From positions 372,001-436,000 of the forward strand of contig AP026151.1 in the NCBI GenBank assembly GCA_030295235.1: a stretch of DNA of 64,000 nt, in the 5' to 3' direction. The notes below the pieces were generated by a model that saw only the letters and a list, made by a program, of their open reading frames with translations, was not told the origin of the DNA and searched no databases. The stretch comes from Fistulifera solaris. Taxonomy: Eukaryota. The position numbers and the translations under genes were made by a program. Shown piece by piece: positions 34,909-48,111 of the stretch (positions within the stretch are counted from its first letter, which is position 1; every line of letters starts with the position of its first letter).

Positions 34909-37442
34909 ATGTCTAAAACGAATAATAACATTAATAATGTCAAACTCGGGGAGAACGAGTTCTTGATTCGTTCTTTGGACCGCAACGATTTGGAGATCAC
35001 CGCACTGATGGACTTGCACCGCTCCATTCATGCGGTCAAGCAAGCCATTCTTCGCAATTGCGGCGAAGAAACGTTGTTGGATCTGGGAGAAGGCAAATTG
35101 AAGTTGGCTCCTTCGTCGGATTCCTTACAAGCCGCGGAGGGTGTCGAATTACCTCCCGAAGAAAATCAATATCATCTCTGTGTCGACTTTTTTGTTGCGC
35201 ATGAAGTTGCGCCGCAAGTTAATGAATCGATTGTCGCGTCGATTGTTGCGCGTCGCTCATATCATGGATGGGAATGATTTGCAACCTCCGCCCGTTCCGA
35301 AATATGGGGAACAACGGTTGCACTTGGATCCGGAACGAATTAAGGCGTTTTCGGAGCATTTCGCCAACCGGGAGAGGGCGATTCGGACCATTGAAATGGC
35401 CAAGAAGCGCATTTATAATAAAGAATCAAGTGTGGAAGTGGCAACTACCGACGGTCCGGAGCAAGTGAATTCGACCGATGCTCCCAAGGAAGAGAAAGCT
35501 GGAGAGAAGGGTCCGGAGCAGGCGCTATCGACCGATGCTTCCACGGAAGAGAAAGCTGCAGAGAAGGAGACGACTGCCCCGGAACAGCCGACAGATTCGA
35601 AAGAGCCTGCACAGGCTTCGGAAGGTGACGCTCCTGAGTCTGTTCCCTCGGCAGAAGACAAGGCGTCCGAGGAGCCTCTATTGCCGATTGCGGAGGCCCA
35701 AACAGCAGAGGCTACAGGAGATCAGCCCGTGAGTGCGGAAGAAAGTTCAAAGAGTATGGTTACCGGACCCACGGAAGATGTTTTGGAAGCATGTTATCAG
35801 ATGCTGATTGACTACAAGGACGTTTATGAAAAATCATCGACCCGGTAACCGGGGCTGTCTATTATCCGGCACTGGAAAGTGAGCGTGAAACGACCAATAC
35901 CTCCACCGGTATTGGAGCGGCTTATAGCTCGATGAGTGTGAAGGAGAAAGAAGCCGAAGATCAACGATGGAAAACGGCACTTTTGAGTCGGATTCCGGAT
36001 CAACCTACCTTCGAAGAGCTGGGTCTTGAAAATCGTGTCTTTTACTTGGAAGAGCGACGCAAGCGTGCTATGAAGCAAAAAGCAGCGGAACAGAACAAGA
36101 AAGCCAAAATGGATGTCGACCATGATGCGTCGGACGACGACGACGACGACATGTCGGAAGAGCAAGAAAACGATGACGATGTGAAGTCGGGATCCGTCGA
36201 AGAATCTCAAGCCATGGATGTTGCAGCTGAGGGTAATTCCGAAACCGCAAAAAGCGGCAAGGACCAGGATAATGAAGAAACCGATAAGGGAAATGACGAT
36301 GATGACGAAGAGGGTGAGGCAAAAGAGAAAGATGACGAAAAGGAAAGTTCGAGCGAAACTGCTAAAGAGAAAGATGAGGTCATACCAGTGAGAATCAAAC
36401 CCATCTCATTGCTTCCTGTTCCATCCTTCCACGACCAAGACTTGAAGCGTATCAAACTTATCCACGCAGATTTAATGATGTCTTCCATGCAAGACCGTGC
36501 CCGTGTCCAATTGGAGGGCGTGACTCGTGACTATAACAGTGGTAAGTTATTACCTTCGCCTTCTGTCATACTTCTCATTTTCTTTATCACTCAATCTTCT
36601 TCACAGCACTGGCTAAGTCCAATGAACTCTACGATCGTCAACTAAAGACTCAAGAAGAATTGAATATGCGTCGTCGCAATAATGCTATCATGAAAAGTCA
36701 GTTTGACATGCACGCTGCACAGTTGAGAGAATCATGGTTGGTCAAATTGAAAATCTTTAACGATCGTAAGTTGAATCTAGCACTGCCGTCTCGTCAGGGC
36801 CACCCTCGCACGGGAAGTTTCGTGACGCAGCAGTATGGTCGACGCGATGCGTTCGCTCTGGAAATATCGGATTGTTTGGCCGATGTTGTGGATGGTGTGG
36901 ACAAGATCGTTCAAGGGATGGTTCCGAATGAGAAACATATGGAGCCTTTCATTTTACCGCCCTTACCACCCGAGTTTGAGCAGAGTGTGAACTATGAAAA
37001 GTTGTTGTTCCAACAAAGTCAGACGATTATGCAAAATCTTCGTGCCAGTGAGGAAGAGCGAAGCAAATGCTGGAAGAGAATGATGAAGACCAAGGCCGAA
37101 TTTGAGGTCGGACGACCGGACGCCCACCGCTACCTCGCCATGCCCTTTCCTCCCCTGCGAAGCACCGCTCCTCAACTGTTGCCGCAACAATTGTCGCGCC
37201 CGGCGTTATCGACGTATACTCCCAAGGCTCGCATTGTCCGCCCCGCCGAAGTCTCGGAATCGAAATACTCGGCCGCTCGCATCAAGGAACGCATTGCGGA
37301 CGATGGGACGGTGGCGCCGGTCTCGGAACCCAAGCGAACGGCCGAAGGTCTCTTTGTACGACCCGCCGGTCGGCAGAGGAAAGGCATGGATTGGGATGCG
37401 ATTCGTGGTATCTGGGTCCCTCATAAAGAAGGAGACGAGTAA
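34909..37442 (+). CDS. Large protein of unknown function (acidic low-complexity and coiled-coil regions; C-terminal RPxGRxxKGxxWD…GxW motif)
   Basis: Chain of long same-strand ORFs (34879-35277, 35141-35848, 35932-36645, 36660-37442) linked by frameshifts and one intron ~36542-36606. Confidence 0.7.
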
Positions 37443-37479
37443 AATTTATTAAACAAACTTAATCTATTACTTTGAGTAT

Positions 37480-38361
37480 TCACAATTTGGACCGCGGGGC
37501 TTGTTGGCGACTTTTGGATTCGACGGTGCGCGACAACTCCGCCACCATTTCTTGGGGCACCATCGGAGGCTTGTACAACCACTGACCCCCGTCCACCACC
37601 AGAACATCTCCCGTAATGTAACGCGCTGTACACAGAAAGACGGCCGCGTGTCCAATTTCCCACGCTTCTCCCATTCTTTGTAAGGGAATTCCTTCCGTGA
37701 CCATGGAGGCAACATCATCGTTTCCCAGGCCCGGAGCCAACTTGGTCGTGCCGGGCGTATTTGCAATCGGACCGGGAGCGATACCCACGACTCGAATTTG
37801 GTAGGGACCCCATTCCAGTGCCAAACTGCGGGTCAACGAATCCACGGCGGCTTTGGCGGCCGACGCGTGCACTTGCCAGTGCGTGGCCCCGTACTGCAGT
37901 GTCGCCGAAATATTGAGAATCGCCGCATCTCCACTTTCTGCCAGTAAGGAAAAGGCGGCTCGGCACATGTTGAAGGTTCCCAACGTATCAATGGCCATGA
38001 CAGTAGCGAATCCTTTCGGAGATAATTGATTTGCGGCGGCTAAAAAATTTCCCGCGGCACCATTGATTAAAATATCCAATCGTCCGAATTGTTGTTGCGT
38101 ATACTGTATAGCAGCTTGACACTGTTCAGGATCTCGGACATCCACCACGCAATACTCGACTTTCGCGCCCGTTATTTCGTTTTCCAGAATGAGTTTTGCT
38201 TTTTGCAAAAAGGAAACGCGACGTCCACAAATCACGGCTCCGCGACACCCGTGCAACAACAATTGCCGTGTCACTTCAAAGCCAATTCCGGAACCTCCGC
38301 CCGTCACCAGAGCGACCTTGCCGTTTAAACAGTCCGGTTGGAATGGAGAAGCAGGTTTCAT
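37480..38361 (-). CDS. DECR2: Peroxisomal 2,4-dienoyl-CoA reductase (SDR), PTS1 SKL
   Basis: GKVALVTGGGSGIG, LINGAAGNF, VMAIDTLGTFN, NISATLQY…QVHASAAKAAVD, GIAPGPI, VDGGQW; ends in SKL. Confidence 0.93.
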   Translation of the reverse strand: MKPASPFQPDCLNGKVALVTGGGSGIGFEVTRQLLLHGCRGAVICGRRVSFLQKAKLILENEITGAKVEYCVVDVRDPEQCQAAIQYTQQQFGRLDILINGAAGNFLAAANQLSPKGFATVMAIDTLGTFNMCRAAFSLLAESGDAAILNISATLQYGATHWQVHASAAKAAVDSLTRSLALEWGPYQIRVVGIAPGPIANTPGTTKLAPGLGNDDVASMVTEGIPLQRMGEAWEIGHAAVFLCTARYITGDVLVVDGGQWLYKPPMVPQEMVAELSRTVESKSRQQAPRSKL

Positions 38362-38819
38362 ATTTGATTTTTAACTAAAAAAGAGCAATGGTTATAGCGT
38401 ATCTTTGTTTTCTGGGATGCGTTGTTCTTGCGTATTGTTATTACACGCGGGTATTTCTTCCTGTTTCGCAGAGCAAAAGTGTCAGTAAGGCTAAGGATAT
38501 CGGTCTTGCCGGCTTGCCGGCAACGAACGCGCAAGGGAGCGCGCGTATGGCACTGTGTGACCTACCATATTGAATCTACGGATACGTAGATTGGATACCC
38601 TCTGTTCTGATGACTCGGATCTTAACTGTACTACAGGACACCGGCCAGGTTTTGCATTCTGGAAGTCGGAAACCTCACGCAATGATGTCGTGAGCATTGT
38701 TGTGCAAACCGATGATTGATTGTTGTCGAGGTTGCTTTGAATCATCCTTCAACGCAAAGTAAATCACTTGTCAACTTGTTTCCTTCGCAAACTGCTTCAG
38801 GGAGACAAGGCCGCTGAAC

Positions 38820-41800
38820 ATGGATGCGTCACAATCGTCTCTGGATTACAAACACCAGGACGAATTGTTGATCGATGATTTTGATTTTGAGGTTTCAACT
38901 TCGGAAACCGCATGGGCCAAGTTTGTCGGAGAATCATCATCACCGCCAAACCCGAAACGAAAAGCCTTTGGGAAATTCGTTCGTTCTCATAGCGTTCCGC
39001 TACACGATGTGACGTCCACGGAAATCATTCCTCCTTCGTTCGAAACAACCAAACCCCGAATACTCGAACAACCACCACGGCCCTCCAAAAATGTTCGATC
39101 CATGTCCATGTTTGAATTATCGCCCGGATTCGACGACGACGACACTTGTACACCGGTGCGGTGTTTGTCACAGAACGATGAAGACGTTTACAAATACTTT
39201 CATGGCTCGGCAACTGCACGCTCGTCTTCCCTGTTTCGATCCTCTAGCACTTCGTTGCGCCGATGTTCGTCACTGAATCATCCTTCGTCGCCCAGCAACG
39301 ACGAGAATCATCAATGGCTGAACCGAAATATCGAGACGCCCGAAGAACGTGACCGGAAAAGATCCGTGCCCGACGGCACTCGATTCAAGGGCACATTGAA
39401 CCCTTGTCGGAACGCATTACGTCCAAAGTGCGGACCTTGCAACCCCTGGACTTGGATGATTTTCAATTTTTGGATGAGGCTGAAATGACACCCGATCGCA
39501 GTATGTCGTCGTCCCGCAAGCGGGGTGTGTGTGGAACACCCATTGAAGCTGATATGTCATTGACGAGTTCCATGATTCGTCGTCGATCTTTGGTTCTCAT
39601 TCCGGAAGATTCTCAAAATCTTCCCACGTTACCACTCATTCAAAAGGATAGTATCCGAAATCAAGAAATTGAAAGTGAGGAGGAAGACGATGATGAGGAT
39701 TCGCGCCATACATCGTTCCAGAGCAGTCCGGATGAAATTGAGAAAATGCTGGAAGAAGACAACGGAATTGATCGGTGCAATGAGCCGGAGTCGATCCTGA
39801 ACAATATGACTACATTTGATGATTTGAAATATTTGTTAAAGATGCTGCAGAATCAATCCAAAATGCCCATTTCGTTTGGTACCAACAGCTGGACGGTGAC
39901 ACCGCGCTCGTCGTGGCCGCAAAGTCGGAGCCGTGACTTTATTCAATGGGCGCGCGTGCAATTTGGGTTCGCGTGTCATTCGATCGATGGATCCACGTCA
40001 TATCTACAGATCCAAAAGACACACGGGCGACCACTGATCCAGCAATTGGAGGCGGCGGTTCAACTGTATGAAACCAGAGAGTTGCTGCCAAAGGAAGACG
40101 ATCGCATGAAGGAGTCACCGTTGTTTTCGCGCACGGAACGAAAGAGCCAGTCGTTGTTTGTACGGTATGTTGACGACGCGATTCTTTGTCGCTTCCTGCG
40201 TTATTTGCCTCACCAAAATGTTTTCAGATCTTCTTTACCGAGTCCCATGACATTGAATAGCCCTGCAGCTGCTTCGACGCTTCCTTGCAGCGAGACGGAC
40301 GAACTTGTGGCGGGTCTGAATCAGCTCTCGGTTCATGATTCGAAGCTTCTTCGCACCGTTACTCTTGAGCCTCGCGATCAGCCGATCCTTACCAAGCTTC
40401 GAGTCTCTCTCGAGAATCACGCGCCGACCAACGACCTCATTCAGAGTTTGCATGGTAATGCATCGGCACGACCACCCCGGCCTTCCATTGGCTACGATTG
40501 TTGTAATATCCTACAACCCGAACGTCTATCCGTCGGGACGACGCATGACTGTGGAACGAACGAGTTGTTCGGAACGTGAGTAATTTTGCGTATAGGATCT
40601 GCTGTGTTCATTTCGTCGCTCACTTCCATTTTGCAGACCAATGAATCAAGATGCGTGTTGGGGGTCTAGACCTTTGCCTGGACGAGACTGGGGATGTTCA
40701 GAAGCATGTAACGAAGAGGTTATCGCGAAACTGGCTTGTATCGTTGATCAACGAGAAGCAGATAGTAAGTCTTACCAGATCTGGGCATGTCCTAGTAGGC
40801 TCGTTCACGTCTCACCTCCTTTGACCGTCCCAGTGAACCGAGACTCCACGACATCCAGCATGTCATTATCTTCTCGCTCTTCCAATCTTGCATTTGATCT
40901 AGGAGCATGTGTGGATGATGTTGTTACTGAAGAAACAGACCCGAGTGTGCGCGACAGCACTGATGATGATGTAGGCGAACTCATTACGGAACGTAACAAT
41001 CGACGCCGACGAGCTTCATTGATTAAAAACGCTCGAATGTCCTTATTCTTGAAAGCTAGCGAGCAAGATAACAATCGACTCTCCAATCACAAGCCAGTCA
41101 TTTGGTCAAGAAGGAGTTGTACCATGGGTATCATGAACAATGATTTGAATACTTTAGGCCACCCTCAGTTTCCCGATGAAATGCTTCCCGAGTCGCAAGA
41201 AGACCTTTTTGAAAATCAAACTGCGCTGGTTCATATCTTTTCATTTTTATCACAGAAAGATCTCATGACGACGTTGTCGACAATCTGCACTTCATGGTCT
41301 GACGCTGCTACAAATGCAATGGTTAAGCTGATGCGCAGTAGCCTAGACTTTTTGGACGACGAGGAGGACTTTGACGATACTTTCAGCTCCGCATTATCAT
41401 CGTTGTCACTCGAACGATCATGGGAGTACTTGACAGGTTTATTCCCTTGGGGTCGATTTCTTTCCTACGGTGCTTTCAAGAATGTCTATCGCGTCCACAA
41501 TACCGTGACAAACCATACCGAAGCCATTTCGGTCATGTAAGTTGACACTTCATCGACTGACAATCTTCTTTTCGTGTTTGGCGTCTCATATCTCTGCCTT
41601 TTATCGCCACAGGGATATAAACAAGATTATTGATAAGAAGACCATCTTAGCTGAGCTGTCGGTTTCGGCGATGCTCAGCTCGCTGACGCGTCGGGCAGTG
41701 TGTCCCAATTTCATAACAATACGGGGCGTCTTCAGCTGCCCGCATCCTCCAGCGCCCACGCACTGGGGAACCATGACTAAAAAGGCGCCACTTGGAGAGT

Positions 41801-42936
41801 TCTTTGTTCCTGGACAAAAGTACAAGCCCCCAAGAAAGCCTAAGCAATCACACAGTGGTCGCTACGTGTATATCCGCATGGAATTATGTAACGAGGGCGA
41901 TGCGGAAGATTTCTTAAAGCGACAACCTGACGAAATGGTTGACACTAACTTGGCTCAAGCTATTACATTCCAAACTGCTTTTGCCCTGCATGCTGCTGCC
42001 GACAAGTTTTCTGTTAAACACTACGACATGAAATTGCTTAACATCTTTTTGCACGCGCCAGAGACGAAAAGGAATTTGGTATTACGATATGGACTTGGAT
42101 CGCATACATTCGCGGTGAACATGCCACCTGATCAAGCGTATATTGCCAAAGTTGCTGACTACGGCACGGCAAATATTCGACCCGAATCAAATGGACAGCC
42201 TGTTACTATCGCGCAATTTACCACTTTGGAAAATACTCCCCCAGACTTCATGATACTTGGAGACATGGCAAAACAAGGTCATGCCCACGACTGTTTTGGT
42301 CTCGGACTATGCATGCTCCACCTCTTCACTGGCCATGCACCATACGAGGAAATTCTTGAAAAAGTTAAGTGCCCTCCTGGGTTCAAGAAACGTTTACGTA
42401 ACATTTGGGAAAATGAAAACAACAACGACTACAAGATCATCCGCAGTGTCATTCTTACAGATGTGTACAAAGATGAAGCTGGAAATGTTATTGATGGTGA
42501 GCCGGACGAGACGCTCTACGATACATTGTACAGATTTTTGGTTCTGTTTGGTATTCCTGATGTACAATTCGAAAGCAAGCGATGCCCGAAAGTTTGGAAG
42601 GCGATACAAGAAGCATTTGTGCTGTCGCCTCCTCACAAATCAGGGAAGCCGGCCAGAAGTACTCAGTCCGATAAAAGTGCTTATCGTCGACACTGCAACA
42701 GCTATTCAGTCCTGAATGGAAATAACAAGTACATCGCACGAGCTCGTAAAAGATTAGAGTCCATGAATGGAGGCATGGAACTTCTTTTTAAGCTATGCTC
42801 GTTCGACCCTTCCACGCGAGCTACAGCGCTCGAAGTTTTGAACTCGCCCTTTATGGCCAATCTTGCAGAAAATGAAGGTAGCACTTACCACCCAGACGAC
42901 ACTGTTCACTCCTTTACGAGCTTTTCGACTCATAGA
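38820..42936 (+). CDS. Large atypical Ser/Thr protein kinase with long Ser-rich N-terminus and F-box-like segment before the kinase domain
   Basis: Kinase motifs FLSYGAFKNVYRV, YIRMELCNEGD, KHYDMKLLN, KVADYG, TTLENTPPD, HDCFGLG, FDPSTRATALEVLNSPF. Introns ~40164-40227, ~40576-40635, 41537-41612; frameshift near 39410. Confidence 0.8.
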
Positions 42937-43013
42937 TAAAGCTTATAATTAATTGTTGCTATTGAGAATGCAATATTATTCGAAATTCATCAAGTTTTCT
43001 AATTTCAAAATGA

Positions 43014-44520
43014 CTACTTTCGCAAGCATCCGGGACAGTTGTGAAGCGTCTCGTGGAGAAACGCGTCACAGTCAATGCAGAAGTAATTTTGACAATCCGG
43101 ACATTGCATTCGTAAAGCTTCACCATCCTGTTGAAGCGTAGGGGATATTATTTCTGCGGCGGTGGCATGGAACGGTCTCAAGCAAGCGAAACAGCACCTT
43201 TCATCATCTTTGGCGGATATCAAAAGCTTTCCGTCGAGCTGCGACAGATAATCCATCTTCAGTGCGACTGAACTGGACGAAACAGCCACGGAAGCCGATG
43301 GAATGCCGGTCATCGGGACGTCGTCGTTTGTCGTAGATGGCAAAGGACTCTCGATAAAAGTAGCGACAGGAAACAAATGGTGAAAACTTCGAGCCAGATG
43401 CGATGCTAAAACGAGTTTGAGACCACAAACGGCACAATCAACCGGGAGTTCGGCGTTCTTGGATTGACATTGCGGACAGATGTAAGCGGTTCTCGCCAAT
43501 ATTGTTTTCTCTCTCGTGGCGTGGACCGATTCGGCCATTTCCGAAGATACACGTACGGGAAATCCCATGCGGATCATTTCGCAGGAAAGTTCACGGACTT
43601 GATCTTTCAATGTCGGCGGTGGGACGCTTTGTCCCTGCATCCATTCTCGGAAGTGCGCTTTATCCAGGCAGACACCCATCGTGCCACCGGTTTCTTCCGC
43701 CAATTTGCGACAAATGTGCAATTCGGCGGACAGCGCGAAGCTCGAGACTCGAATGTGGGCCTGTTTTAATTTCGGCAAGGTATCCGTCAAAATGTAGCCA
43801 GGATCGCAGGTTGAGAGTGCTGCGGTCAAAACCACGACTTCCCTCGATCCGTGTCGAGGCTGGTGTCCCAACGATCGACCCGCGACCTCCAATCCATTCT
43901 GTAAGCTGAATTCTCCGGCCTGATGGGGCGTTTGGGTGGAAGCTACTTGTGCCAGACTTTGCAAGGCCAATGAATGTGCCTTACTATTACTCGATAATGG
44001 CGATAATATTTCGGCTTCGCCATTTTTGACATAAATGAAGCCCAAATGCGACAAAGGGTTCTGATCGTAATATTGTCGAATGAATTGTTGTAAAATTTGC
44101 AGTATGCAGTGAAGCCGTGTTCCGGGTGGAAGAACGGGATCCTTCTGTCTCGTCCATCGTGATGCGTCTAGAATAAGTCGGTATCGTAAACGAGTTCAGG
44201 ACAAATTTGTGATGAGCCTTTTAGAAACACGGAATAAAGAACAGACACTCGAGAAGAAAAGAGACTCACTCACCGATGAGTACATAAACATACCGAATCA
44301 TATCACGCACCACACGACGATTTCGTTGCGAGTGATCGTTCTGTTCCAGTCGTTTGCGTCGTTTGCGAATGGTCTGTGCCAATGTATCGCCGTGCGCCAC
44401 CACGATCCGTCCTTCGGCATCTTCTTGCACCGTCGTTTCCCATAAATTGCCTCCTCCCGTATCTTCCCAAGTATGCGTAGTGGCGCCTGTTTCGTTGATC
44501 GTCGATGCTGGAGCGGACAT
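43014..44520 (-). CDS. GTF2H2: TFIIH subunit p44/Ssl1 (GTF2H2)
   Basis: VWA domain (RDMIRYVYVLID…, YYDQNPLSHLG, SLQNGLE, SREVVVL…TCDPG), zinc finger CPQC…LPVDCAVCGLKL…HLARSFHHLFP, C-terminal CFAC…CPDC…CIDCD…HETLHNCPGC. Intron 44168-44273. Confidence 0.95.
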
Positions 44521-45398
44521 GTTGCTTTTCTCTGTTTCGTTAATGTTTGAATGCTATTATGAGATGGACAACATCTTGTCAATTATTGTGTTTCGAATTT
44601 TTCGCGAGAGAAAATAAAAATTTTATTACGTCGAAGAATAGGGAGACGGACGGAGGGACGTACGTGTAACTCTATTGCAGAAACGTTTATCTATTCTACG
44701 AAGAGGAGTCCAGCAAGCCGCTTAGCGATTTGCTTTGTTTTGAGAAACTGGATGGCAAGCGACAAATCAATAGTAGACACACAGAACTACTGGAAACCCC
44801 AATACAATATCGTAACGAAAAGGAGCAAGCACTTTTGGTGCCATTTTAGAGCTGGTTTTGAAAATAATGCGCTTATTCAGAGCTTTGCCGCCGCAAATGC
44901 ATCGAAAATCGTATTCCGAGTCATATTATCATTCCCGTTTTAAGAATTCATTTGTTGCAGAGAAAGCAAATGGTAAAAAATGGCAACAATAACGAACACT
45001 CTGTCACGTGACTATAATTCAGTCGTGACGAAAATCAGCTTTACCGTTGTGCCCAAAACTAAGTGGGACGGGTTTCGACTCCAAAGACTCAAACTGAGTG
45101 TTGATATCGTCTTTCTTGCGAATGCAGCCGTTACCGTAGCTAACGATGCATTAATTAGCATTTTAAGCGAAATCAAAGGGAAGAAACTGTGGTTTGACGA
45201 TCTTTCATTTGCGATGGTCCGCATACCAAACGACATCGAAGGGTACCACTCCATGAAAAGTTGACGGAAAAAACGAACACTGCCTTGTCAATAAACGTCG
45301 AGTGGCTCATACTAAGCTAGTAAAAACAAATGGCAGACAGGGTAGAACTTAAAATGCTAGAAATTAAGAACCAACAAGAATGAGGAATGTGAACACAT

Positions 45399-45959
45399 CT
45401 AGTAGTCTCCACCGCCGCCACCGCCACCGAACATATCAACAGCAGGAGCTTCAGCTTCTTCCTCTTCCACTTTCTCTTCTGTAAAAAGTTATGAAACACA
45501 ATCAGTGAGTTCAATTCTGTTCACGACGTCAACAAAGGACAGCCCGTTCTTGGTTTGTACTCACCTTCCTTGGCATCTTCACCAGCAGCAGCGGCGGCAC
45601 CGCCACCTCCACCGCCGCCACCACCGCCTCCGGTGGCGGGAAATGCGATCAACTTTTCAATCTTTTCGGGCGTGTTGAAAAAGTTGCCGAAGATAATGGG
45701 AAGAAAGGCCTCCACTTCGTTGCCGGTGGCCTCCAACAGAGCGTTGATTTGATTGGTGCTGACTTCGGCCTATAAAGAAAGGACGGAAGGAAAATGTGAG
45801 AGAATCGTTATGATAAATTTCAAAGTGACTATAACTCAATCACTCTCAAAAGAAAAAGTCGAGAGAAAAGTGAGAGAAACTCACCCCACCGTCGTGAAGG
45901 GCCAAAATAGACAACGCGACAGCCATTTCTTGCTTTTGTGATGGTGTTAGTTTATCCAT
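45399..45959 (-). CDS. RPLP1: 60S acidic ribosomal stalk protein P1
   Basis: MDKLTPSQKQEMAVALSILALHDGG|AEVSTNQINALLEATGNEVEAF…, Gly/Ala hinge, acidic tail ending DMFGGGGGGGDY*. Two GT-AG introns. Confidence 0.85.
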
Positions 45960-46350
45960 GATAATAATATGTTGTGACGAAAGGTTCTCAGGCGATTTTA
46001 AGTCGTTGAAAAAGACGGCTTGAGCATCCGTTTGTGAGAGAAAGCTTCGACATGGTGGGGCACGAAACGCAACATCGGACTGATGAGTCGGGCTGTCTCG
46101 TGACTCATTCTGTACTTATTGCGCTATAGTCGAAAGTACCGGTCGAAGTTTACCGCTTACCGTCTACTAAACTTTATCGCTAATGTGATGTTGTCGATGA
46201 AGCTCTAAGGTGCTAGAATGTAGCCTGGTGGTTAGGCCTACCATCTTCTTAGATTTAATTGATAGAAAAGACTAGTAGCAGTAATTGTTATGCGCTTCTT
46301 GAAAAGCATTTCTTGTAGGTAACCTAACTCAAAAGTTATTGTCACCCTCA

Positions 46351-47357
46351 CTAATCTTCCTCGGGTGCATCACCATCAACTTCCTGGTTTTCCATGTTAA
46401 GTCGATTAATCATTTCTTCCAATTCATTCTCTTCTTTATCTCCCACCACTTTCGGAGCCATTTTTACGTCCAGCTTACCTCCTTTCAAAGTAATAACCTC
46501 CTTAATAGCGGCAATAGCGTCATTGAGCAACGCAATGCCGACTTCTTTTCCAGAGTTGTCGTTGATAGTACGTAGATTGGCGGAGCAATGAGTTTGATTT
46601 TGATGGGTGAGTTATCGGTCGCGACCGCCATACCGGCCGACAAGGCGGCTTGGATGGCATCAATTCCTTCGTAGGTAAAGCACGACACTTCAATATCACT
46701 GCGAATTTTCGTAGGCTGCGGTGCCAAACGTCGCAAAATGTACGACTTGATTTCATCTTTCAAGTCCTGCGGAACATCAATTTCAGCAAAGGGATCGGCT
46801 ACCGTTTTGTCGTCGGAAATAGCCAACTTAAAAGCATCGTAGGCGTGTCCGTATTTCTTATAGAGCGGCCATCCGATGCGTTCGTACAAGTCTTCCAAGT
46901 GATACTTTCGTCGATCGGCGACGTGGCGCAGTACTCCGTGCACCGCCTTGGCTTTATTGAATCGGTCTTCACAGGCCGCTACATCTTCGGGACTCACTCG
47001 TCGTTTCGACAAATCAATGTAACCCTTTTCTTTGTCGACACGGAGGACCATGACCACTTCGTTGCGATTCACTCGAATCAATTTATGAATCGATCGAATG
47101 CGACGGCGTGACAATTCACTCAATAGAATCATCCCCTCAATGTTGTCGTATTCCATTAAACTCACGTACGCACCCATGTCGGCAATGTTACGCACGTTGA
47201 CCATGACGACACTTTCAATCTCGGGGTATTTTTCTTCGTAAAAGCGACACGTTAAGTTCTTGCGGTCCTCGCCCAGGTAAATGCGGAAACCGCCATTTTC
47301 TTCTTCCGTGTGACGGCCAACTACGACCGGGGCCTCTTCGTTGCCTTCTTCTGACAT
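46351..47357 (-). CDS. eIF2S1: Eukaryotic translation initiation factor 2 alpha
   Basis: [11 protein letters not shown]1 domain, [16 protein letters not shown] (regulatory Ser51 context), [18 protein letters not shown]. Frameshift near 46545; ends VDGDAPEED*. Confidence 0.97.
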
Positions 47358-47648
47358 GATTTATTGATGTATTCGAATTAAATGAATGATACTTGCAGTT
47401 CCTTTGTTGAATGCTGCTATGGTGGGTCTGGAAAATGCACTTGTTTTGCGGACGCGATGCGGTGCTCGCACCTCGCACGACGAGAAAGTACAAGCGGGAG
47501 ACGTACAGACTACAATGTCCGCAGCAAGAGAAGGAAGAAAAGATTTTCAACAACAAACAACAAAAAAGCAACCAAAAACATCCGACGAAACGCCGTTCCC
47601 TTTCATATTTATATCGTAAATAAAAACTACTCCGCAATATAATAACTC

Positions 47649-48111
47649 ATGAGATTGCTAACACACAACTATTTACAATCCAACGTAAAGGGTACGTTTA
47701 GATGTGACTCGTGAGTCTCATCGATTGGAAAGACCGCTGAAAGAATGATATCTCCTATTTTCTTTCATTTTTGACAGAACGGAAGAGGGCTATCCTCTCG
47801 GAATCGTTCCAGAAACTGTTGAAATTGACAAGTCACCAGTAGATCGAGAGCTTCTTTTGAATATCTTACCCAAGTTGAATTATGATGCGGTACTCCAAGC
47901 GGTCGAGCAACTGCGTCCACATTGCGAGACTCTGCCGAATCTTCCTTCCACGCTACCAGAGGATTTGGACGACGAGCTGGTGAATGATTTGTATTTCGTG
48001 TTGTTTGATGTGCACGTGAAGAATGGCTGTTTGGTGTGTCCCTCGACACAACGAAAATTTCCCATCCGAGACGGGATACCGAACATGATATTGCACGAAG
48101 ATGAAATTTAG
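47649..48111 (+). CDS. TRM112: Trm112 methyltransferase activator subunit
   Basis: MRLLTHNYLQSNVKG|TEEGYPL… (intron ~47692-47777); C-terminal LFDVHVKNGCLVCPSTQRKFPIRDGIPNMILHEDEI. Confidence 0.92.

Noticed and set aside
44980..45264. Possible small gene or tRNA-like GGTTTCGACTCC in the TFIIH-RPLP1 spacer
   Set aside because: No recognisable protein motif and no cloverleaf could be built by eye; a tRNAscan/Infernal search would be needed.
46084..47720. AP-1/Gcn4-like TGA(C/G)TC sites near RPLP1 (46084, 46101) and upstream of eIF2-alpha (47705)
   Set aside because: Hexamers of this kind are expected many times by chance in 64 kb; enrichment cannot be shown from one window.
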